A stretch of DNA of 55,508 nucleotides from the NCBI GenBank assembly GCA_913043225.1, contig CAJWLU010000023.1, positions 1-55,508 of the forward strand, written 5' to 3'. The DNA comes from an uncultured Acidobacteriota bacterium (GTDB taxonomy: Bacteria > Acidobacteriota > Vicinamibacteria > Vicinamibacterales > UBA8438). The notes beneath the pieces were generated by a model that saw nothing but the letters and a program-made list of their open reading frames with translations, did no database searches and was not told the DNA's origin. Both the position numbers and the translations under genes were made by a program. Shown here piece after piece: positions 17,167-26,567 of the stretch (positions within the stretch are counted from its first letter, which is position 1; the number at the start of each line of letters is the position of its first letter).

Positions 17167-18210
17167 ATGATCTCTGCGCGTCGTTTCGTTCTCGTCGCCG
17201 CCGCAACGTTTTTGGCCGCCGCCACCACCGTCGAGGCGCAACCGGTCAACGATCTGCCCAACCCTTACACGACCCATCAGGGCTTCTACGAGCTGCCGGA
17301 GGGTCGAACCTGGGGAGCCACGAGCGCGGTAGACATCGACCCAGACGGCACCTCCATCTGGGTAGGTGAACGGTGCGGTCAGAACAGCTGTGCGGGTTCG
17401 GATCTCGACCCAATGCTGAAGTTCGATGCCGAAGGCGACCTGGTGACCAGTTTTGGTGCCGGCATGCTGCTCTTCCCTCACGGTATCCATGTCGACCGCG
17501 ATGGCAACGTCTGGATCACGGATGCGCGCGGGCCGCGCGATGACGTTCCGGAAACCGCCGGTCTCGGTCACCGGGTGATCAAGTTCAGCCCCACCGGGGA
17601 GGTCCTGCTGGTGCTGGGCGAGGCGGGGGTTGCGGGTGACGGCACCGACCATCTGCTGAACGAGCCGTGTGACGTGGTGACCGCCCCCGACGGGTCGATC
17701 TTCGTCGCCGACGGGCACAGCGGTCAGGGTCGAAACGCCGGGCCCGAGACCGTCGCCCGCATCGTGAAGTACGACGCGGAGGGGAACTACCTCATGCACT
17801 GGGGCGGGCTCGGATCTGAGCCGGGACAGTTCCGGACACCGCACGGCCTCGCCTTCGACTCGCGGGGACGGCTTTTCGTGGCCGACCGCGGTAACGTGCG
17901 GATCCAGATCTTCGACCAGGAGGGCAACTTTCAGGAGGAATGGCCCCAGTTCAGCCGTCTGAGCGGTATTTACATCACAGCAGGCGACATCCTCTACGGT
18001 ACCGACTCGGAGTCCAATGACCGCTCCAATTCGGGCTGGCGCCGCGGGATCCGAATCGGGAGCGCCGCGACTGGCGAGGTGACCTACTTCATCCCCGACC
18101 CGGTCGGAGAGGGCGGGACGAGTGCGGCCGAAGGGGTGGCGGTCGACGCCAACGGCAACATCTTCGGAGCCGAGGTCGGTCCCCGGCAGCTCGTGCGCTA
18201 CACGCGGTGA
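17167..18210 (+). CDS. NHL-repeat protein, peptidyl-alpha-hydroxyglycine alpha-amidating lyase (PAL)-like
   Basis: Signal peptide; FPHGIHVDRDGNVWITD, NEPCDV, FVADGH, PHGLAFD, VADRGNVRIQIFD. Confidence 0.8.
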   Translation: MISARRFVLVAAATFLAAATTVEAQPVNDLPNPYTTHQGFYELPEGRTWGATSAVDIDPDGTSIWVGERCGQNSCAGSDLDPMLKFDAEGDLVTSFGAGMLLFPHGIHVDRDGNVWITDARGPRDDVPETAGLGHRVIKFSPTGEVLLVLGEAGVAGDGTDHLLNEPCDVVTAPDGSIFVADGHSGQGRNAGPETVARIVKYDAEGNYLMHWGGLGSEPGQFRTPHGLAFDSRGRLFVADRGNVRIQIFDQEGNFQEEWPQFSRLSGIYITAGDILYGTDSESNDRSNSGWRRGIRIGSAATGEVTYFIPDPVGEGGTSAAEGVAVDANGNIFGAEVGPRQLVRYTR

Positions 18211-19586
18211 TTCCCAAAGATCGCTCGCCCTGGACGCGCCGGGTCGCCGTTGGCGTCTGTCTGGTTGCGTTGCCGCTGACCACGATCGCGGCCAACGACT
18301 GGCCACAGTGGCGAGGCCCAACGCGTCACGGGACCTGGACCGAGTCCGGCATCCTCGAACGCTTTCCCGACGCGGGTTTGACGGCTTCCTGGCGAACGCC
18401 TGTGCGAGGTGGGTTCGCCGGCCCGGTCGTCGCCGACGGTCGGGTTTTCATCCTCGACTACCAGGAGACTCCGGGCAGCCGGACGATGGACGGCATGGAG
18501 CGGCTCCTGGCCCTCGATGAGGAAACAGGTCGCGTCCTGTGGGCCAGCGAGTGGCCCGCCACCTATCGCAATCTACATCCCACGTTCGCGACCGGACCGC
18601 GGGCGACTCCGAGCGTCGATGGCGACCAGATCTTCGTTGTTGGCGCCGCCGGTATGATCCTAGCGCTCGATACCGCCACCGGAGATCCGCTCTGGCAGGT
18701 GGACACCACCACCGAGTACGGCATCACCGTCCCGGTGTATGGCGTGAGTGGCGCGCCACTAGTCGACGGGTCGATGGTCATCGTCCTGATGGGCGCCGAG
18801 CCGGACGCGCTCGTAGTGGCATTCGACAAGGCCACCGGCGAAGAGGTCTGGCGCGCCCTGCCCACGGTCTCCGAGACGGGGTATGCAGCACCCGTCATCT
18901 ACGAGGCAGGCGGGATGCGTCAGTTGATCGCCTGGCATCCGCGTGGCGTGAGCTCACTCGACCCACAGACGGGCGAGCTCCACTGGCAGCACGACTGGGA
19001 GATCTCGAACGCGCTCACCGTGGCGAGTCCGGTGTCCGCGGGGCCCTATCTGGTCCTGACCCACTTCAGGCTGGGGTCGCTGATGCTCAGACTCGACCAG
19101 GACCGGCCGGGGGCAAGCGAGCTCTGGCGTGGCACCAGCCGCAGCGAGCTCCCTGGCGAGACCGAGGGTCTGCACGCGCTCATCACGACGCCCGTGATCA
19201 TTGGCGACTACCTCTACGGCGTCGGAAGCTACGGCGAGCTCCGCTGCCTCGACGCCCGTACCGGGGAACGTGTGTGGGAAACTGCCGCGGCCGTCGTGCA
19301 GGAACGCTGGGGCACTGCGATGCTCGTGGCGCATCCGCCGACCGGCCGGGTGTTCATCTACAACGAGATGGGCGAGCTGATCCTGGCCGAGCTATCGCCC
19401 AAGGGCTACACCGAGATCGACCGGGTATCGCTGATCACGCCCACCACCCGGACCCGCGGCGGCGCCAGCGGGCGGTGGGGAGACCGTCCGGTGGCGTGGG
19501 CGCACCCAGCCTTCGCCAACCGGCATGTCATCGTGCGCAACGACGAAGAGATCGTGCGCTTGTCGTTAGCGGCGGCCGACTATTAG
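18207..19586 (+). CDS. PQQ-binding-like beta-propeller protein (paralog of 13121-14485)
   Basis: NDWPQWRG, SRTMDGMERLLALDEETG, GLHALITTP, WAHPAFAN; GTGA overlap with the upstream gene. Confidence 0.85.
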   Translation: MIPKDRSPWTRRVAVGVCLVALPLTTIAANDWPQWRGPTRHGTWTESGILERFPDAGLTASWRTPVRGGFAGPVVADGRVFILDYQETPGSRTMDGMERLLALDEETGRVLWASEWPATYRNLHPTFATGPRATPSVDGDQIFVVGAAGMILALDTATGDPLWQVDTTTEYGITVPVYGVSGAPLVDGSMVIVLMGAEPDALVVAFDKATGEEVWRALPTVSETGYAAPVIYEAGGMRQLIAWHPRGVSSLDPQTGELHWQHDWEISNALTVASPVSAGPYLVLTHFRLGSLMLRLDQDRPGASELWRGTSRSELPGETEGLHALITTPVIIGDYLYGVGSYGELRCLDARTGERVWETAAAVVQERWGTAMLVAHPPTGRVFIYNEMGELILAELSPKGYTEIDRVSLITPTTRTRGGASGRWGDRPVAWAHPAFANRHVIVRNDEEIVRLSLAAADY

Positions 19587-19961
19587 CTCGGTTAGGTACG
19601 GCCCCCGTATCTCCAGAGCGAGCGCCTGCCGTCCGAGCCACAGCTAGACTCACCCAACACACCACCGGGCACTCGCTAAACCGTTTGAGAGCCCCAGTCG
19701 TCCGCGGTGGAGCGGGCAGACGCTCCAAGAATAAGCTGTGGCGACAGACCCCTACCAGCTGGTAGACCGCTTACAGCGTGTCGTTTGATCTTTCTCCGAA
19801 TGTCTCGCGCAGCGCACGGTCATGCCTTGCCGTCGGCGGCTGCACGGAGGCCCCTATGGCACGGTAGACAACTGCGGCTCACTGGCAGGGTTGAATGTCT
19901 TACTTCTAACTCTTGCTGCTATTCGAAGTTGAGAAACATTTACCTGAGTGGCTTGCCAAGG

Positions 19962-20711
19962 CTAGTGACTCTTCGTCGACTCAATCAAGTAGTACCAGTT
20001 AAAGATAGGCCAATTCACTGCCGACATCAAACGATCGAAGCCGATCAGGCACCTCCAGATACTTCTTCCTGGCAAACCAAGCAAGCAAACTGGGGCCATC
20101 AGGCCTGAAACACTCCGGACCCTGTTTTCGTTACCTCCAATCATCTGTAGAATCTCGGAAGCAGGTCGATGATTAAAAGGACTCGTCTCCGTGTTCATGC
20201 CCAAAAAGACAGATAAACCCAAGACAAGCTTTCGATATATCGAATCGATATTTCCCTCGAATATGACTAGCTTGCCACCTGGTTTCAATACGCGCATACA
20301 TTCATTCAGCACCTGATCTGGATAAGGCAAATGATGAATAACGCCCCTCAATACGATGCCATCAAATCTTGCATCCGCGAAAGGCAAACGTTCGCCTTCC
20401 GATACGTATAAACATCCCGGCGCTTTCTTTAAACCTCTTTGGGCTACGACCAGCGATTTGTGGCTAGAATCGACGCCGCAGACACTCTCAAAGTGTTTCT
20501 CTAGATAGACTGTCAGTTCCCCTATCCCACAGCCAACTTCCAAGATCATCGAACAGTTGGGCAGGCAATCTACGATCTGCCCGAAATGAAAGTTGTAGAG
20601 CTCTGCCCGAGAGCCTTCTGCGCTCACGCACGCCTGCATGCGCTCTGCGTAAGCGTCACTCTCAGCGCGCTCTTTAGCCTTTAGTCGGTTAATCCGCCGC
20701 TCGCTTTTCAT
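19962..20711 (-). CDS. Class I SAM-dependent methyltransferase
   Basis: ILEVGCGIG, LPFADARFD, IHHL, RVLKPGG; low GC. Confidence 0.9.
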   Translation of the reverse strand: MKSERRINRLKAKERAESDAYAERMQACVSAEGSRAELYNFHFGQIVDCLPNCSMILEVGCGIGELTVYLEKHFESVCGVDSSHKSLVVAQRGLKKAPGCLYVSEGERLPFADARFDGIVLRGVIHHLPYPDQVLNECMRVLKPGGKLVIFEGNIDSIYRKLVLGLSVFLGMNTETSPFNHRPASEILQMIGGNENRVRSVSGLMAPVCLLGLPGRSIWRCLIGFDRLMSAVNWPIFNWYYLIESTKSH

Positions 20712-22440
20712 TGATGTGTTTGCTCTTGACTACGAACTGGCCCATCACGAGCACGTCCAAATGCCCTAACCGGAAAGCCCTTATCGCATCGGCAGGACTC
20801 GCAACGATAGGCTCTTCGTGCATGTTGAAGCTGGTATTGACCAATACGGGATCGCCCGACCGCTTTCCGTAAGCGGTCAAGATGTTGTGCATAAACAGAT
20901 TGCCGGACCTCGACACCAATTGCGGCCGGGCAGTTCCATCCAGATGCACAGCTGCCGCGCAACGCTGCTTCATCCTGTCGGTACAATCACAGGTCACCGT
21001 CATGAAAGAAGCGGCTCTTGCGGACTGCTCCAGGTCCAAGAAGTAGTTCGGCGCAGCTTCCTGCGTGACAACGGGCGCAAACGGCATAAACTCTGTGCGA
21101 TTCAGCTGTCGATTGAGCCACGTATTGATGTTGGGATCCGAAGCGCCGTACAAGATCGACCGATTTCCTAGAGACCTTGGGCCGTATTCCATCCGCCCAC
21201 GAAACACGGCTACGACGTTGTCTTTCAGTAGTAATTCGGCGACTTCTTGCTCCAAGCCAGACTCATGTAGCTCGTATTCGCAGCCTTCGAACTCCAGCAC
21301 CTCCTGCATTTGGTCTCTCGTATAGTCGGGACCGAGATAGACGTGTGAAATTAGAGACCGCTCAGAGGCGCACCATCTCGCCGCGGAAGGGTTGTCGAGT
21401 CTAGCCCACGCCGCGTACGCCGCACCTAAAGGGATGCCGCCATCCCCCATGTGAGGATGGATGAAGCCCTCCTTCACCTGACTCAGGCGAAACAGCAGTT
21501 GGTTTAGTCTGACATTCGCAAACGTGCCACCCGCTAGCGCTAAGTTCTGCAAGGGATACTGCCGCATAGCTGTCTCTGTAACTCCAACGAGAGCGTATTC
21601 CAAGAGCCGTTGTGCTCCATAAGCGATCTGTTTGGAGTTGAAAGGTTTCAGTGTCTTCTGCAAATACTCTATTGCAGGCAAGAGAAAGAGGCGCTTCTTA
21701 TTCAGGAACCACAATTTCTCTTTTGAATAGCCATAAGCGTCTAGCAAAGTGCGGTACGCTTCGTCGCAAGGTTCATAGGCTGCCAGGCCTGTTACTTTGC
21801 CGCCATGGCGCCATGGGTCCATGCCAAGCAAAAAAGTAATGTACATCCAGAAGTTGCCGGCCGAATGTATCCGAGGCGTATAGCTAACTCTCCTTAGATG
21901 ACCTTGTTGTCCAAGATACACCCCTCCTGAAACTCCGTCACCGCCGCCGTCTGAGGTGACGACGACGCATTCAGGGAAGCCGCTCGTGAAATAAGCTGAG
22001 TATGCGTGACATTCGTGGTGGTCCACAAAAGTCACAGGCGCGGTAAGTCCGTGCTGCCGAATCTCTTTCTTTAGAAGACCTTGCCTCGTTCTCAATCTTA
22101 GAATTAGCCGGATTGAGTGATATGCCAGCTCTGTTTCTAGCAGCCGCCCAGCATATTGGCTAAGTGTTCCAGCGAAGCGACGAAGCATGTTGGTGTTGAG
22201 CGTCGAAATGCCGAGTGCATTATCAGAGGCGGGACGGGTTGTTCCGCCAAATGCGATGTGATCGATATCTTTGGGTGCCAACCCAGTATGTTCCCAGAGA
22301 TTACCGAGTGCTCGGACCGGGAATCCCGTGTGCATCTTGTTTCGAGAGAAACGCTCTTCATTCGCTGCATAGACAATGGATCCATTATCAATTAATGCGA
22401 CGCCGCTGTCTTTACCGACAAAAAGTCCAAGTATTCTCAT
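20689..22440 (-). CDS. O-carbamoyltransferase (NodU/CmcH/TobZ family)
   Basis: EERFSRNK, DHHECHAYSA, DGGGD, GKVTGLAAY, EYGPRSLGNRS, MPFAP, NTSFNMHEEPIV. Confidence 0.95.
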   Translation of the reverse strand: MRILGLFVGKDSGVALIDNGSIVYAANEERFSRNKMHTGFPVRALGNLWEHTGLAPKDIDHIAFGGTTRPASDNALGISTLNTNMLRRFAGTLSQYAGRLLETELAYHSIRLILRLRTRQGLLKKEIRQHGLTAPVTFVDHHECHAYSAYFTSGFPECVVVTSDGGGDGVSGGVYLGQQGHLRRVSYTPRIHSAGNFWMYITFLLGMDPWRHGGKVTGLAAYEPCDEAYRTLLDAYGYSKEKLWFLNKKRLFLLPAIEYLQKTLKPFNSKQIAYGAQRLLEYALVGVTETAMRQYPLQNLALAGGTFANVRLNQLLFRLSQVKEGFIHPHMGDGGIPLGAAYAAWARLDNPSAARWCASERSLISHVYLGPDYTRDQMQEVLEFEGCEYELHESGLEQEVAELLLKDNVVAVFRGRMEYGPRSLGNRSILYGASDPNINTWLNRQLNRTEFMPFAPVVTQEAAPNYFLDLEQSARAASFMTVTCDCTDRMKQRCAAAVHLDGTARPQLVSRSGNLFMHNILTAYGKRSGDPVLVNTSFNMHEEPIVASPADAIRAFRLGHLDVLVMGQFVVKSKHINEKRAAD

Positions 22441-22459
22441 GCACGTCTTCTATGAGTGT

Positions 22460-23371
22460 TTAGTGTTTTCTCCACAGAACTAAAAGCACGCAACCCGGTG
22501 ATGAGGCGATCACACTTGCAAGATACCAGGTTAAAGAGATGGAAACGGCAGTCTCTGGCGCTACTTCAAGATAGCCCAATAGTGCCACGAGTGCGCCCTC
22601 GCGGAGGCCTAGGCCGCCAATGCTCAAGGGCAAGGCTGAAACAAGTTGAGCTAAAGGCAGTATCAAAATAAACGTAAAGTACGTTACGCCCGCATGTAAC
22701 TCACCCGAGAGCGTATAGATCGCAAGTGTGACTACCAGGTGGATTAGTATCGAGAGGGCAAATACGACGAGGAGTTTAGCAGCGTTACTGAAGAGTGACG
22801 AGATATGTCGATAAACACAGCCAATGACATTGTGGGTTGATAGTGGCTTGAAGTGTGAGAGCGCAGCCAAGAGGCCAGTTGAGAGAATGGCAAGGGCAGC
22901 CAGTAAATGAGTCGCGCCAGCATGATGGAGCTCGAGTGGCGCGAGGGGTATTGCCAGAGAACCCATCAATAAGAGCGTCAAGAGGCCTAGGCAGCGGTCA
23001 ATCAGAAAGCTTGATGTTGCGGCCTGGAGGTCGCCTGATGCTTTGTAGAGAAGAGAGGCCCGAAGTGTATCTCCAGCAATAACGCCTGGTAAGGTCAGAT
23101 TAAAGAAAGATCCTATTATCGATAGAGCAAAAGATTTTCCTGTTGAGACAGTAATCGCGGTGTCTAAGTTGGCGATAATGTAACGCCAACGAATGCTTGC
23201 AAGAAAGACGCTGCTGGCGCTCAGCAAGACGACAGATACCAGCGGACCGGCGCCAAGCTCGATGGACGTGCGCAAGACTACGCCGAGATCTACTCTGCTA
23301 AATACCCAGGACAGCGCCAAGGCGCTCACGAGCGCCTTCAGTGTGAAGAAGAGATAGCGAGTGCTGAGCAC
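22460..23371 (-). CDS. Lysylphosphatidylglycerol synthase TM / flippase-like protein (UPF0104)
   Basis: RW, FFNLTLPGVIAGD, IDR, LPLSIGGLGLRE. Confidence 0.85.
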   Translation of the reverse strand: MLSTRYLFFTLKALVSALALSWVFSRVDLGVVLRTSIELGAGPLVSVVLLSASSVFLASIRWRYIIANLDTAITVSTGKSFALSIIGSFFNLTLPGVIAGDTLRASLLYKASGDLQAATSSFLIDRCLGLLTLLLMGSLAIPLAPLELHHAGATHLLAALAILSTGLLAALSHFKPLSTHNVIGCVYRHISSLFSNAAKLLVVFALSILIHLVVTLAIYTLSGELHAGVTYFTFILILPLAQLVSALPLSIGGLGLREGALVALLGYLEVAPETAVSISLTWYLASVIASSPGCVLLVLWRKH

Positions 23372-23432
23372 TACGTCCCTGGCCTGTCTGGTTTCCTCGG
23401 ACCAGTGATTGTCGGCGAGCGGCGCCTTGGGT

Positions 23433-23830
23433 TCACGGTAGTGCCGCTCGCGTCGTTGTGTGCGCTTTAAGCCCCAGCATCGTTAGGGGGATGGAGTGAG
23501 GTGGACGATATCCCATCGGTAGGTCACAGAACGACCTTGACCGAGTGCGGAACCAGTCTACATTCAGGCGCTCATTCTCCAAGCCCTCATTAAAGTTCAC
23601 GTCAGTTCGTTGGCCCACGGGCTGTGACGGTTGATCGGCGCCGTGTCGACCTGCGTCGCCGTACGCCAGCCAGTACCGAGCAACCCTCAGGGTATGTGCC
23701 AGTTCACGCAGCTCGGGTTGTCGATGACCAGACATTGACCGTTCCAGTGTTTGAGCGCAGGTGGGCGTTTAGGCGCTGTCCAGTTGGCGAATGCCACGCT
23801 GCAAACCACCCCATCGGGCTGAGAGCCGCC
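23433..23830 (-). mobile_element. Degenerate IS3-family transposase remnant
   Basis: QPSQP...NFNEGLENERLNVDWFRT...RPPHS resembles the IS3 core PGKP.QN..ESFNG.LR.ECLN..WF...RPHS; sits at the edge of the low-GC island. Confidence 0.5.
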
Positions 23831-23944
23831 GCCCACAGGCCATTCGCTAAACCTGCATCGGGCCCGCTATCGGCGTCTTCAGTGATGGCGGTGGGATGTG
23901 GCCTGGACCAGCCATAGGGGCCGGTGTCTGAGGTGGCAGGCGCT

Positions 23945-25108
23945 TCATGGAATCGGTGCCGGGTTAAAGGGATTGGAGAATCGCGGATCGGTGAGAAACT
24001 TCTCGTCGGTGAGCGTATGGAGAAACGCGACCAGGGCGTCGATCTCGGGGTCGGTCAGCTCCAGCGGGACCGGCACGATTGGACCTCCGGTTACGGCCGT
24101 GCGTCGATCGATGAGCGTCATGTCCAGGAAGGGACTGGCCGTGACCCGACGGTCGTAGTGCTCGACCACCTCACGCAGTGAGTCGAACCGTCCATCGTGC
24201 ATGTATGGTTTCCGCACGGCGACGTTGCGCAACGACGGAGCTTTGAAGCGTCCCTCGCCAGTGCCCGGGTCCCCCTGATTTTCACCGTCGAGACCGATGT
24301 TCCGGGGCGAACGGAGGACCTGTACATCGGTCGCATGGCAGCGCGCACAACCGGCCCCCCGCTGTCCTGGTGTGGGCGTGGTCAGGAAGAGTCGATGTCC
24401 GGCCGCTTCGAGTGGTGACAGCCGCGCGTCGAAGGCCGCCGATCCGGGCGGGCCGGCGGCGCGGGCCTCGTCATACTGGGCGCGGTGAGAGACCAGCGCC
24501 CGGACGAACTGGGCCAGGGCGCGGGCGAGTCGCAACTCGGTTACCTCCGGCGTGCCGAAGGCGTCGGTGAGCAGTGGGGCATAGTAGGGCGCCTCGGAGA
24601 CCCGCGCCACCGCGTCGCCGGGCGACAGGCCCATCTCGATTGGGTCGGTGAGCGGCGCCAGGACCTGCGACTCAAGGCTCTCCGCACGCTCGTCCCAGAA
24701 GAACCGTCCCCGTTCGTAGTACCTCGCGTTGGTCAGGCTCATGGCGTGGCGCCGGGTCGCCCGGCCATTGAACCCTTCACTCAACCGGCGGGGATCCCCG
24801 AAACCATGCGCCTGTTGGTGGCAGGAGGCGCAACTTATAGTGCCGTTAGCCGAGAGCCGCGTGTCATGGAAGAGCACCCGCCCCAGGGTGACGCCGGCGT
24901 CGGTCGGTGGATTCTCGAACGGCGTGTTGTCGGTGGCGCCGATGCCGAGCGGGTCAGGGTCGGTGAAGTGCTGGGGAAGCCGTTCATCGGTGTAGCGATA
25001 CCCCGGCGCGGGCAGCTGCGGTACCTGCAGCCGGGCTGGCGCGGGCGTCTGGGCGGCCACGAGCACGCTGAGGCCCAACAGCACGAGGAGCGGCAGGAAC
25101 TTTCGCAC
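23945..25108 (-). CDS. Di-heme cytochrome c peroxidase / MauG family protein
   Basis: LGRVLFHDTRLS, CASCH, FFWDERA, CARCH, FKAPSLRNVA, PYMHDG; GTG start 6 nt after TACAGT. Confidence 0.9.
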   Translation of the reverse strand: MRKFLPLLVLLGLSVLVAAQTPAPARLQVPQLPAPGYRYTDERLPQHFTDPDPLGIGATDNTPFENPPTDAGVTLGRVLFHDTRLSANGTISCASCHQQAHGFGDPRRLSEGFNGRATRRHAMSLTNARYYERGRFFWDERAESLESQVLAPLTDPIEMGLSPGDAVARVSEAPYYAPLLTDAFGTPEVTELRLARALAQFVRALVSHRAQYDEARAAGPPGSAAFDARLSPLEAAGHRLFLTTPTPGQRGAGCARCHATDVQVLRSPRNIGLDGENQGDPGTGEGRFKAPSLRNVAVRKPYMHDGRFDSLREVVEHYDRRVTASPFLDMTLIDRRTAVTGGPIVPVPLELTDPEIDALVAFLHTLTDEKFLTDPRFSNPFNPAPIP

Positions 25109-25251
25109 CCTGCGACTGTAACGCATCCGGTGGGCTGGAGCCGCCGCCCTTGCTCCAGCGTGATGCCGTCTCCTCCAGAGCCGCTACAATCGCTACGCGG
25201 GAGAAACCTGAACGGTCGGTTGAGCGTCTCGACGTAGGTGTAGGGGGCCTA

Positions 25252-26565
25252 ATGACGAATCTGGTCTGGCGCTTCGGAAGTGGTGGCATTTGCGCGCTCG
25301 CAGTGACGATACTCCTCGGTCTTGGTGCTGCAGCTATTGCCGGCCAGCGGGTGTACCCGGTCAACGGAGCCCCGTATGCTGGGGCCGTCGTCTCTTCGCC
25401 GGGGGCGACCCTGGCGGTGGTCGGCGGAATCACTGGCGCGGGCTTGGCGGCAGAGGCGTCATCGGAGGCGCTGTCGGGACTGGCGGCGCGTCTAGAGTCG
25501 GTGGGCCTCGACCGCTCTCGGTTGCTCCGCGTGCGGGCCGCCCTCGAACCCGGTACTGACGTCGGAGCCTGGAACGAGGCGTGGAACCGCTACTTCGATG
25601 GCGTGCCCCCACCAGCGCGGACGACGGTCTATGCCACGTCGCTCCCGGTGGGCGCGACGGTGATGATTGATGCGGTCGCGTCGTTCCCCGCGGACGCTTC
25701 TCATCCGGTGTCCGTGTCGGGCGCCCGGAAGACCCTGAATCCCCATCTGCGGCTCGTCGGTCCGGATTCGAACCCGACGGCGATCGTGTCGACGCGCACC
25801 GGTCTGTTTCTTACCTCCGGCGCGCTTCCCGGTCGTGACATTGGCAACTTGACGTCGATGGAAGCTCACATGCGTTCCTCTATGAACAGCCTGGGCCGGA
25901 ATCTGACCTCGCAGGGCCTCCAGTGGTCGGATGCGTTCTTCATCCGGGTGATGCCGACCCCGCAACCCGGACGCGCCGACGTTGACTTCGACGCGTGGGT
26001 CCCCGTCTACGAGATCCTGGGTGAGTTGACGGGTGGGGCCCGGCCGGCCTACACGCTGTGGTCGGCGCCCGGGTTCGGCGCCAGCGGCCGGTTCTCGGAG
26101 ATCGAGGTATGGGCCGTCCCACCTGCGCCGCCTGCGGTGTTCGCCACTGCGGACCCCACCGCCGCGAATCCGAGACTCCGGATGTCCGGCAATCCCCGGA
26201 GCTTCATTGCCAGTGGCGCCATGATTGCGCCCAACGCCGAGCTGGCCTGGATGTCAGGCATCGTGGCACCGGAGGGAACGCCTCCCGAGGAGGAGGCGGC
26301 GCGCTCCGTCGCGACGCTCAAGGAACGGGTGGCCGAGATGGGTGCGACCCTGGCCGACGTCGCCGAGCTGCGTGTGTATCGGGTGTCGCGCGAGGTCGAC
26401 GGTGATGATCTCGCGGAGGCCTGGAATGAGGTCTACGGCGCCGAGTGGAACAACGAGACCCAGCCTCACAAACCGGTCCGGACCAACTACCTGGTCGAGG
26501 CGCTTCCGGGCGGACGTCACGTGGAGGTCGAGGCGGTCGTAGTACTTCCGCCCCGGGAGTTTTGA
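25252..26565 (+). CDS. Secreted protein with three tandem RidA (YjgF/YER057c/UK114)-like domains
   Basis: Signal peptide; repeats ending PARTT...MIDAVA, PAYTL...EIEVWA and PVRTN...EVEAVV. Confidence 0.7.
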   Translation: MTNLVWRFGSGGICALAVTILLGLGAAAIAGQRVYPVNGAPYAGAVVSSPGATLAVVGGITGAGLAAEASSEALSGLAARLESVGLDRSRLLRVRAALEPGTDVGAWNEAWNRYFDGVPPPARTTVYATSLPVGATVMIDAVASFPADASHPVSVSGARKTLNPHLRLVGPDSNPTAIVSTRTGLFLTSGALPGRDIGNLTSMEAHMRSSMNSLGRNLTSQGLQWSDAFFIRVMPTPQPGRADVDFDAWVPVYEILGELTGGARPAYTLWSAPGFGASGRFSEIEVWAVPPAPPAVFATADPTAANPRLRMSGNPRSFIASGAMIAPNAELAWMSGIVAPEGTPPEEEAARSVATLKERVAEMGATLADVAELRVYRVSREVDGDDLAEAWNEVYGAEWNNETQPHKPVRTNYLVEALPGGRHVEVEAVVVLPPREF

Positions 26566-26567
26566 AG

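Noticed and set aside
19587..19961. Possible tRNA or att site at the left edge of the low-GC island
   Set aside because: No cloverleaf, T-loop or flanking direct repeat could be identified by eye.
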